Assembly: GCA_965644295.1 (NCBI GenBank)
Contig: CBFFRP010000335.1
Span: forward strand, 62,001 to 126,000
Length of the DNA stretch: 64,000 bases
DNA from: Paraphysomonas bandaiensis
Lineage: Eukaryota; Protista; Chrysophyceae
Direction: 5' to 3'
Shown here: positions 51,343 through 61,678 of the stretch, piece after piece
Position numbering within the stretch: the stretch's first letter is position 1
Layout: every line of letters begins with the position of its first letter
Position numbers and translations under genes: made by a program
Notes under the pieces: generated by a model
Told to the model about the DNA's origin: nothing
Seen by the model: only the letters and a program-made list of their open reading frames with translations
The model's database searches: none

Positions 51343-52617
51343 ATGAGTCCAAAGCAGCGAAACACTAACAAATCCCATATGTCTCGTCCAGGCACCAGCT
51401 CCTTACCTGCCTCTGTGTTCCGTAACTATAAGCAGATCCTGGGCCTGATAGTCGCAGTGTTAGTAGCAACATTCTCGTATATAGTTTGGTATCAAACCAA
51501 ATCGGGGGCAACCTCATTGATTAATGCTAGTGTTGATAGCTTGAAAGAAGCTTTCTTTGGAGAGTATCCTCACGTCTTTTATTGTCATGAGCACGGCAAT
51601 GAGGCCTATATACCTGCTAAGCTCGTAGACGCCAGTAAGATATTGAATTCGAGACATAAACTAGCGATAGTAAATTGTTCCCAACAACTTCCTAGTGGAA
51701 AAACGATTATGTCGAGATTTAAACTTAAAACAGAATGGAAGCCGACCATATTCTCTACGGCACCATGGTCCAAGCCGACTCAAATACCTCCCCTTAGCTT
51801 GAAAGACTCCACTAAGATGGCCAACTTCTTGACAAGCTCATTATCTCCGCGTCCATTGATGGTTTCTTCCGATAAGGATTTCCGCACTGCGTGTGGATGG
51901 CCTTCTGGGAAGGCCAGTGCAAGTGAGACGTGTATTCTAGTTGTAAGAGGGGAGCGGTACGGGTCTGATCAGGACCAGGTGGTGGAGAGGATAGTTGAGA
52001 CATTTTATAAGACAAGAGTGTTAAGTGTGAGCGCGAAACAACGACGACTATCTGTGGAGCGTACGGAGGCTGTATTCGATCCCCAGAACTATGCAATGAA
52101 ACTGTATTCTATTCGGAATGGCACACACTATATGCCTATGCGCGACTCGCCAACCTGGGATAACGTACAGAAGTTCGTCACCTCAGCTATATCGGTAAGT
52201 ATCACCAACACACTATGTGTTCAGCTTAAACTGTAGCGAAAATATCTCTCATACCTCATTGCGTTGTAGGCTCCTTTGGGCGACTACTATACCCCTGATT
52301 CGGGTGATGTGAAGCTAGTAAAACCTCCCATAAATTCTGCTGCCTCTAAGCGCCGTTCGAAGAATTCAAAACCTGACACGAGTGAAAGCGCGGATAGTTC
52401 TTTTAACTCCATAGAGACGCCGGTAGAGGACGATGTAAATGAAGAATTGTTACGCGCACAGCGTGAGGCCGAGCGGAGAGAGGCTATGGAAAGAGAGAAA
52501 CGGGAATTTTTTTATGCAGACGATAGCTATGCAGATAGCTATGCAGAGAGTAACGGTTGTGGAGATGATGATTGTGATTTAAATGAGGAATATGATGAAG
52601 ATATTATCGAGTTATGA
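51343..52617 (+). CDS. Hypothetical single-pass membrane protein with acidic C-terminus, 2 exons
   Basis: TM ILGLIVAVLVATFSYIVWY; intron near 52195-52270; acidic tail ending EDIIEL. The start codon is uncertain. Confidence 0.65.
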
Positions 52618-53026
52618 GATCATAGTATTAGTACCTACAACAGTGTAGTATAAGTCCAGATTTATTTTGAAAAGATACTGGTAACGTATCACTGGGATTA
52701 TGAATTATACATAGTAAATAATATAAATAATACGAACTCGTCGTTTATATATAAATATACATTTCGTCATACATAGATACGGAACAATATATTGCTCAAA
52801 TCAGATTACCTGTAAACACTAGACATTAGACATCGTTATGAGTTAAGCATATATAAATTGCGTTTTGATTCGGTCTCAGATATTTCATGATTTGCACTTT
52901 TTTGTTTTTTTTGTTTTTTGATTTACGGCCTTGACCTGCTTTCATCAACGTTTTCAAACAACTTTCGTGAGTAGTGAAAAAATCATAATGGAATACAGAT
53001 TTCTCGAAACGCTAATTTTTGTGTCT

Positions 53027-53295
53027 ATTAGAATATGGATTATATTCTAGATTCTAGTAGTACATTCAGTATGTCACTTGAAGACAACTTAGTAACACTT
53101 ACTTCTATTCACACTTAGAAACAACTTAGTAACACTTACTTCTATATTAGTTTTATATATTTAGACTTACAATATTGATTATACGAGAATACAGTGAAAT
53201 ATAGTGATGTACAAATGCTTTGGTGATATTGAGAAACTGAAATAGTTTGATCTTTCAAGATATGTTTAGTAACGAGAAGTTCACACATGTAGGAG
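53027..53295 (-). repeat. Dispersed repeat (inverse of 19955-20120) with internal 25-nt duplication
   Basis: Reverse-complement match; acaacttagtaacacttacttctat occurs twice. Confidence 0.85.
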
Positions 53296-53782
53296 AGTAT
53301 GCGTGGGACAAAATGAGATCTTATTGTTTGTCGTTTGTCACAACTTCGTGTAAACGATATTAATTAATCTATCTCGTCTAACGACAAATTCTCTCTGAGA
53401 TCTAGTTAAGAATGACCAATTTACAACAGTGCCTACTCTATCGCGCACACTACATCTGGTACAATACAAGCATATTACATCTGGCGTGCTATCCATGAAG
53501 CTGCAACAGATTGTGGCCTGACTCTTAGACGTTATCATTTTGAATTTCGAACTATGAAACTTTGCTTTATTGGAAATGTTTGATCCAGTCTCAAGCAACT
53601 ATATTACTTACTTAGTACTAGAAGCGTAAATAGCATTAGAAGCTAGTACTACTTTATACTTTACAGCTTAATGAGCAACTTTACCCACAGTATCTTTTGT
53701 ACGAAGGTCATCCTCCAACCTTTACTTAGGTTAATGGTAGTAGACATACTTTACATAATATATATCATAAGCATTCAATATT

Positions 53783-56700
53783 TTAACTAGAAGTATCAGT
53801 TTCATCTTCACTATCGCCAGCACTAAAGAAACCCACTACACCATCAGCAATATCATCAAGTGTGGAGACGACTGCATACTCAACTTTATTGTGCGTCCGG
53901 CAATACTTCTCTTTGAGTGATTTGATTGCAAGAGCTGGCGAACTGCTCTTTCTTATGAGAGCTTCTTCTCCACCACTACCTCTCTCCAGCATATCTTCTT
54001 TTTCTCCTTGAGATGATGGAGTCATGTGACCGCGGATAGAACGCAAACCATTAGAAGATGAAGCAAATTTCAGAGCGGCTAGGATAATAACGGCCATAAG
54101 AATATATCCTGCACCAGATGCAGAATACAAAGCTCCAACTTCAAAACCACGCAATATCCCCTGTACATCAAAATCGCCCGCAGGAGCAGTCTTTTCCACC
54201 ACAGACTCAGCCTGTGCCGGTTCTTCGGCCATATCCTGCACCAGGACAAATGACTCTCTATGGGAGGGAGCTCCGCCAGTCAATATTTCCGTCATGCCCA
54301 GATGTATACCTACGACCCTCGCGATATTTGATTCGGTCTCAGAGGATTGAAGTGCCGTCCTGAGTTTACCATTTGATATATAAGTCTCTAAAGCAGAGGT
54401 AAAATCCGAGTATGCCGAGACATAGCTGTCTGGATCGGTGGGATCATATCCCAGTGTGCTGAGAGGCAATTGAACCTGAAGCTCCACATCCAATCCAGAT
54501 GACACTGCAAAGCTACGAGCTATCTTCACATTATCAGCCTTTAGGCGTGGGAAGAGAGAAATTAGCGCAGCCACCAACGAATCTGCATCATCCTCGTGAA
54601 GTGTTCCTACACCACTAAGTATGAGATTCACATCAGCCACAGCTACTACACCGAGCTGATCTTCACAGAAACTAGTACGTGTATAAGCTGCAACAGCATC
54701 ACACTCGTCGTTGGTCACACGAAATACAAGCATTTCACTAGCTCCACCAACGCGCCCACAAAAAGCCCATGAGTGAGAAGCATAAGAAGTATCCAGGTCT
54801 CCTGTTACACGCAAGACGTAGTCACCATCCGGGAGATGTTGCCAGCAGTCCTGGGTCACAACACCATCGCACATTGTCCCCGTAGAGATCAGTCGATGGC
54901 CTTTACTGTCAGATATGTAGTAGTTGGTACCTTGGTGCTCTTCATTAAACCACGAATCACCTACATTTGTGGTCATTGTAAAGTACTGCCAGTTAGGTCC
55001 ATCTGTCTGAGCCAGAGTTGGGGCTGGGGAAATGGTAGGTGAAGCTGTGGACTCTTTTCCCTTCAGTTCCCTGCTAGAAAGAGATGAAGATTTAGGTAGT
55101 GGTTTTGGGTCGCATTTGGTTGGACAGGTGATATTAGTCGGCAGAGTACGATGTATAGCACGACGAGAAAAGTCTAGGGCTGAAGAATCCCAATGAAAGT
55201 CCATAGACGTATCTTTGTTTCCCCGGTACCAAGTACCAGTCTTCTCTTCAAAAACACGCCACTGGATTTCCCAAGGCCATTTGCTCTTCTCTGCACCCTC
55301 TATAGTAAACTTATAGAGCCCTTCATCGGTATAAACATGCGGACAATAGCGGAAGGACAAAGGGTTTGTTGAATCACAGGCAGGGGCGTAAACGTCAATA
55401 GACCCATCAGGAGCAACTGCCCGAAGTTGGGCCTTGTCCCATCCGTCCCCAAACGCATCCTCCATTGCAATTATCAAGCAGTCCCATGCATAGTCTTGCG
55501 TGTAGTACTTCGCTTTATCAAAGACAGTAAACTCAGCAACGCTACCATAGAGAGAAGGGGCCCATAACTGTCTGTTAGGCTCCGGCTCAGAAATAATCTG
55601 CTGAACAGACCACTGCCCACCGAGGTACTCACGCTCATAAAAGTAAAGAAATCCAGTGGATCCACTATATGGCTCTGGACTTGCTACCGCCATAACATTT
55701 CCGTACAGATCAAACATAGACCCGAAAGTCCCATCAACGGCACCACCATCCGGCTCGTACAGTACTTGCCTCAATGACCAATGAGGACCATGACTCTTAT
55801 GGTCACTCCGATGGAAAGAACTACTCCACGGACTCGGTTTCTCATGAAATCGCGGTGTGTCGGGATAATATACTTTTACTTGGCCAGCATATGTACCCCC
55901 ACTCTGTCCATCGCCAACGACTATGGTCTCATCCTCCACTTCCAAAAAGAAGTAATTAACAACAGAAGTTGAGGCCACTAGACTCTGCTGCTCAGTCCAT
56001 ACTCCTGTAGCAGGATCGCGCCAGTATGCGAAGGCAATATCGTAAACAGGATCGTCGCCACTGGTTTCGTTGAATTCAGCAGATCCTGCCGCAACCAATA
56101 CATCGCGGTCCAGAGAAAGACCATAACCAAATCTCGCAATGGATGTATCTACAGGGAATAGAAGCTGCTGCTGAGTCCACCTATCGAACATTGGTGGCTT
56201 CGATGAGTACGTGTACACGGCCCCTGTGTTGTTCGTGGAGTGCGTGTAGCGGAGAGGGTCACACTTCCCGCACGTTATGGCGCCCTCTCCCAAACGTTCA
56301 CGATTCATCGCTACTGACATTCCAAACCAGTCGTCGCCTTTTCCCCCATCAAGAACTATTTTCTGTTGCTGAGACCACTTCGACCACACACCCGAAAATA
56401 TATACGCAGCCCCACTGTCGGTCGCAACGCCGTCGTTGTTGAAGGCACCTACCATTAGCACATTACCCGCAACATGGGTCGATATCAGAGCAGTATTAAA
56501 AAATCTATTAGACGCAGCATCCCCTGGAAAATAGTCATCTGCAGCATAATCTGCCGAAAATATAGTAGCAGTATGAGTCCAGCTGTCCGCATTGTCTATA
56601 TACACTCTATGGAACACATCGATATCATTATTCGGAGTCCCCATAACAGCAAACCTCATATGAACAGAGGTCATAAGCCCTCTCCCGCTCATGAGCGGCT

Positions 56701-56839
56701 TGTCGTATGACATCTGTGACGTACCCTCAACAAAAACCTCTTGAAAATCATTCACTAGAGCGTGTAACTGGCTCGCAAGAGATAGTATAACTAGAGCGCT
56801 AAGGGCGCCCCAGCTGCCTCTTCCAGTGATGAATTTCAT
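53783..56839 (-). CDS. Type I surface protein: FG-GAP beta-propeller, FGDGW module, WxFCG module, TM helix
   Basis: Signal peptide; VGAFNNDGVATDSGAAYIF...WSQQQK, FGMSVA and FGYGLSL FG-GAP repeats; hydrophobic segment near aa 905-925; single 1018-aa ORF. Confidence 0.8.
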   Translation of the reverse strand: MKFITGRGSWGALSALVILSLASQLHALVNDFQEVFVEGTSQMSYDKPLMSGRGLMTSVHMRFAVMGTPNNDIDVFHRVYIDNADSWTHTATIFSADYAADDYFPGDAASNRFFNTALISTHVAGNVLMVGAFNNDGVATDSGAAYIFSGVWSKWSQQQKIVLDGGKGDDWFGMSVAMNRERLGEGAITCGKCDPLRYTHSTNNTGAVYTYSSKPPMFDRWTQQQLLFPVDTSIARFGYGLSLDRDVLVAAGSAEFNETSGDDPVYDIAFAYWRDPATGVWTEQQSLVASTSVVNYFFLEVEDETIVVGDGQSGGTYAGQVKVYYPDTPRFHEKPSPWSSSFHRSDHKSHGPHWSLRQVLYEPDGGAVDGTFGSMFDLYGNVMAVASPEPYSGSTGFLYFYEREYLGGQWSVQQIISEPEPNRQLWAPSLYGSVAEFTVFDKAKYYTQDYAWDCLIIAMEDAFGDGWDKAQLRAVAPDGSIDVYAPACDSTNPLSFRYCPHVYTDEGLYKFTIEGAEKSKWPWEIQWRVFEEKTGTWYRGNKDTSMDFHWDSSALDFSRRAIHRTLPTNITCPTKCDPKPLPKSSSLSSRELKGKESTASPTISPAPTLAQTDGPNWQYFTMTTNVGDSWFNEEHQGTNYYISDSKGHRLISTGTMCDGVVTQDCWQHLPDGDYVLRVTGDLDTSYASHSWAFCGRVGGASEMLVFRVTNDECDAVAAYTRTSFCEDQLGVVAVADVNLILSGVGTLHEDDADSLVAALISLFPRLKADNVKIARSFAVSSGLDVELQVQLPLSTLGYDPTDPDSYVSAYSDFTSALETYISNGKLRTALQSSETESNIARVVGIHLGMTEILTGGAPSHRESFVLVQDMAEEPAQAESVVEKTAPAGDFDVQGILRGFEVGALYSASGAGYILMAVIILAALKFASSSNGLRSIRGHMTPSSQGEKEDMLERGSGGEEALIRKSSSPALAIKSLKEKYCRTHNKVEYAVVSTLDDIADGVVGFFSAGDSEDETDTSS

Positions 56840-57047
56840 CTTATCAGATCCTCAACCAGACACTGCAGAGCAGAGCAATACGTCAATAGATAGAGAAAGA
56901 CCACCCAAGACAATACAATATGTGGCCCAGAAGATAAGATAATTAATGTGTATGTACTGCGGTTTAGTTGAGTTAATATGCTACACAGATAAACGTATAG
57001 CGCCTATGTCTCCATACGATATGCATGTACGGAAACCTCTATACGAC

Positions 57048-57095
57048 CAACCCTCTGCACAACCCTCTGCACAACCCTCTGCACATACCCTCTAC
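57048..57095. repeat. 12-bp tandem repeat (caaccctctgca) x ~4
   Basis: Seen directly in the divergent intergenic region. Confidence 0.9.
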
Positions 57096-57451
57096 ACACA
57101 CCACCCTCTCAAAAATTTTAGGGTCCCCTTCATTATTCCGGGAGGGACGTACCTTGGAGCGAAATTCAAGATTTTTATCTTGAACGGGTTCATCTCGAAA
57201 CTGAAAGTTAGGGTTTAGCACACAAAGGAATACCATGCAATACGTGGAATACGGTACGATTGCAGTGTGTCCTGTGCATACACCAGCAGCAGTGTTTGGG
57301 TTCTGCGGCCCAATTGAAGTGCATACACCGGTACACGTACAGCACACTGACATGACTTCAATGTTGAGCAGAGCGCACAGCACTCCTATATACGACCTCT
57401 AGCTATCACAACACTACCATCGCCATAGGTTATTAGCTGTGTAGATCGGCA

Positions 57452-58941
57452 ATGCGGTCCTTTCTCTATGTCCTCGCACTTGTCAGTGCTCAATTTGGCA
57501 GTTCGTCGGTACTGAATACGAGCTTCCTTGAATTCGACAGCAATGGGCATTTGTCTAAGAGTTATCTGCTCTATTCTGCGAACACTGACTGTGAAAAATT
57601 AATTAAAGCGGCATGGAACAGAGGAAATGATTATTCCTATGTACGCGATCTGCTGCCAATGGATGATAACTTTGCCCAGCAGTATGGCACTGGGTCATGT
57701 GTGGCAGTGTGTTTAAACAAAGGAATGGAAGAAGGGTTATTGTCTTATCCACTGCCACAAAATATATATACTGATAATTCTGATATTGGAGCTTTTAATA
57801 ATGAATGTCGTGGGGCAGAAGTTGGCTTTATTTCCTACATGACACATCCAGTATCCTTATATTGGTTAAATAAGAAGACTGGGGAGTCTGTTCTACTAGA
57901 TACTATTCAAAAAGGAGAAATGCAAATGAAGTGGCATACTTCATTCCTCGGTCATGTGTTTGAGGTTCGTGATTCTGTGACTGACGAAAAACTAAAGACC
58001 CATGTCGTTGAGTTTAGTGGGGTAGTTGTTGTAGGGGACGCCGGACCAGGAACGATATCGAACCCAATTCCTGAGAATCGCATACAGAACGCAATGAAAA
58101 ATGAATGGACTCGATGTAATAGAGTTAAACGAACTTTTACTGAGCTTGGATTTGCGAAGGGAAAGCTTCCTCAAGATATATGGGCCTCCATATCGACATA
58201 CAATTACAATAACAAGCATAATGCAGCAAGAGAAGAATGGGATCGGAAGGGTTATTTCGTGAACTGGTGGGAAGTTACCCCTTATTTACTTGGCATGCCA
58301 TGGGGGCTGAAGAGATACTGGCAGGGTAGACTCAAAGATCTGGTGGAAAAATGGATTGGTGGTATTCCTCTTGAAACCACAGACATATATGGAATCCGGA
58401 GGTATGAGGACGGCGCACGACTACTGACACACGTAGACCGCGAGGCCACACATGCTGCATCTCTTATCATCAATGTGGATCAAGTAGGTATGAGGGAGCC
58501 GTGGGTGGTGGAAATATACGACTTTGCCGGAAGGTTGCATGAAATCCCGATGGAGCCTGGGGAAGTAGTGTACTATGAGGTCCGTACATATATCAATATT
58601 TTCTTTACACCGGTAGTTAATCTACTTTTGTGTAGTCCGCCCGATGTCTTCATGGGCGCATGAAGCCACTGAATGGAGTATCCTACTCGAACTTGTTTGC
58701 CCACTACCGACCAGTGGGTGACCCAGATTGGTTTACGAAGGAGAATCCCCCCGGCACGCCTGAGCAACTCATCAACATCGGAGAATGTGTTCCCCATTCT
58801 AGCGGTAGTGGAATGGAATGTGATGGGAAGCACCTTCCGTATCTCTCTTCTTCTAGAGAGGTAGTACAAGGGCCCAATGACCTCTTTGAGTACTGGAAGA
58901 AGGTGTCCCCTATACCACAGACTCAGCATACGGAGCTCTAA
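57452..58941 (+). CDS. ER-type 2OG-Fe(II) oxygenase (prolyl-4-hydroxylase-like) with HTEL retention signal
   Basis: Signal peptide; GIRRY...HVD...MEPGEVVYYE|SARCLHGR...NLFAHYRP (HxD...H); ends HTEL*. Confidence 0.85.
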
Positions 58942-59253
58942 ATGTATTTCACGTGGTGTAGATACGCAAGCAATGTGAATTTTTGAGTCTTATTATGTAA
59001 ACTAATGATACAAGTAGTACATTTGTACTAATCAGCCATCTGGTTATGCTAACGTATAACATGTCTATTATGCTTATTGCTTATGTTTGTACGAAACCTA
59101 TGTTCATTCAGCATTTGCTGCGTCCATCGCAGAGGATAGTTGCCCAAAGTATAAAATGGTCTATTGAAATAAATGAAGTGACAACAACTGGTATGTGTCA
59201 CCGCCAACTTATAAACGACATTACAATAGCATCGCAATATAATATAAATTCTA

Positions 59254-60287
59254 TTATGTACTGTCAGAACACTCTTCACTACATGGTCTAAATACACGGA
59301 AACGATGGTTTAAGCCCTTAATGCTATGAATGTAATATCTGCTGCCTAAACCACCAAAATCTGGATCAGAACGCACGTATACGGCTCTTCTAATACGACT
59401 ATGTACTAGTGCCATTGCGCTCATGGCCTCAGGCTCTTGAGATAGATAAATATCTAGGCCAGTGCATACATATTGTGATTCCTCTACAATGCAAATCACA
59501 TTATATATGTGTAACATTTATTTACATACCTGTTATGGGTATACTGGAAGTGTTCTCCATATCACCTCGAACCACTGCTGCAATGCCTTCGATACATAAC
59601 ATTGTGGGAGTTAGTAAAGCATGTGACGATGTGGCTTCGACTCCGTGAAGATGCTCCAGGTGACGTCGTGCTCGGAGTGAGGTCATCAGTATCTAACATT
59701 TAAAACATTAGTATAGTTTAAAAAGTTAACAAGGTCTACCTCATTGCTATCAGGATGTACAATTAAAGCTGACTTCTCACCGCAGAGTTTCGTCTCACCG
59801 AGTAGTGTCGATATATGGCCACGCATTATTTGTACCTCACTCTCAAGCAACCCCTTCTCTTGAATCTCACTTGCCTCTGACGGACGGAAAATGACAGGCC
59901 ACTTCTCGCCCCATTCTTTAAATTCATCCCGCGTTTGTGGTTTCTCACGGCACACATTAGCAGTATGAGTGGAGATGACAACATCTTTTATGTCAATAGG
60001 GACGCAGTCTTCTACATAATCAGGACATACGACCACCTCAAGAAGACGTGATCCGTCATTCGTATCACATTTTCTTGCACGTTTAAGGTGTCTGAGCTGT
60101 GAATAACTTAAGATAATGATAGTACATGATCCGGTTCACGCACCCCATACATCTCAAGAGGACGCTTCTCAGACAGAACATTCAACACACTGGACGCTTG
60201 TCTCGGCTCAATCACAGCAATGCAAACTGAGATATACAGTTCACTCTCTTGAATATCCCGCTTTTCAATCACCTCCTCCATAAGCAT
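59254..60287 (-). CDS. ADAT3: tRNA adenosine-34 deaminase non-catalytic subunit ADAT3/TAD3
   Basis: HLKRARK, PQTRDEFKEWGEKWPVIF, YVCTGLDIYLSQEP..M.AMALVHSRIRR, GGLGS..IH...LNHRFRVF; 3 introns. Confidence 0.9.
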
Positions 60288-61678
60288 CGCATGCAGTGGG
60301 CTGTGCCGTGCTGAGCCGTGCTATGCTGGTAAAGTGCAGTCACAGTCGTTTATACCATCAAACTCTGTACATATACCGTATACATGTATATACAGCAGTA
60401 TACTGCTGCATTGCTGTTGTATACCAAAAACCTACAACAAATCCGAGGTTTCCTAAAAAATACCTTAAAAAGGTGCTGTTTTTGAGATTTTGGTGCACGA
60501 TTCAGACAATATACCCCACAAACCACAGCAGTGAGTGGGAATGCCGCTCGACTGGATGTCCACAGCATGTCCAGCCTGTGCAGAGTATGCTGCTGAGCAG
60601 CAGTGCATGTCATATGATATGATTGATCGACTGGACTGCTGTATGGCCTCTTAAGCATATATATGTTATGCCGCACACTCTATCAGATGAATATCAACTT
60701 ATAGAAGGCATCTGATTGGCTGTGACCACTCTCACTGCACTGCACTGCACTCTTATGTAATGAGAGTAGAGTTGCAGTCACACTGAAAAGAAGCTGACGT
60801 CTATAGAGCTGCTTCGTTTTCACACCTAAATTGCAATCACACGCGCCCTGTTGATAACTATGGTCGGAAACAATGGTCGCTGGTGTATGCTATAGGAGTA
60901 TGATTGTTGTAGCTGTAGAAGAATATTCGTGCAGCCATATACTAAATGTAAATAATTAGAAGAAATTGAATCACACCAATATTATGCTTTTGTGCTTGGA
61001 GTTATGTCATAAAATAAACCTAACGTAGAAACTTTAAGATATGAATTTTGGCGTAATATATACTTCTATGGGTTACATATCAGAATAACAGTGTGTGATG
61101 GTAACCGCCACGGTTCACCTGGTACTAATATATGTTTGAAGTAGTACTAGTTTGGACAAGTAAAACAATGACAGTGAGCATAACTTCGTTGAACTGGAAA
61201 ATGCATTCCAAACGATAAGTGAGAGTTCTCCACACCTTCGTTCCCTATTTACAAGTTGCGTGAAAATCGTACATAATCTTATTAATTTTCAAGTACTCGG
61301 TCTGTTCAGCGAGAAGTTCTTTGCGATGACATGACTCTCCTTTCCTAATATTCTAATATAAAATTACTCAACAAGCATTCAATTAAATGTCGGTTTAAAA
61401 AAGAATCTATCAAATAAAACGGAACTACTTCATAATGTAACTCATACTAGTTGTGAACATCTGATAGTCTTCGTTGGAAAATGAGCCCTTTGCAGTGGGT
61501 TGAAAAAATAATATCTTGTTATGTATACACAGCGAATTAAGAGTGCCTCACTTCATTTGCAGCATATATACACCGCCATCATTTTGTTGACACAAAAGTT
61601 GCACAACGGACGAATTTAATATCACAGATCTAATCTGGGTTATAGAATTGACAATAATACACTGTACAGCAACTATTA

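Noticed and set aside
57205-57220. gttagggtttag as a telomere-like repeat or telo-box
   Set aside because: A single short occurrence that is not recurrent in other promoters.
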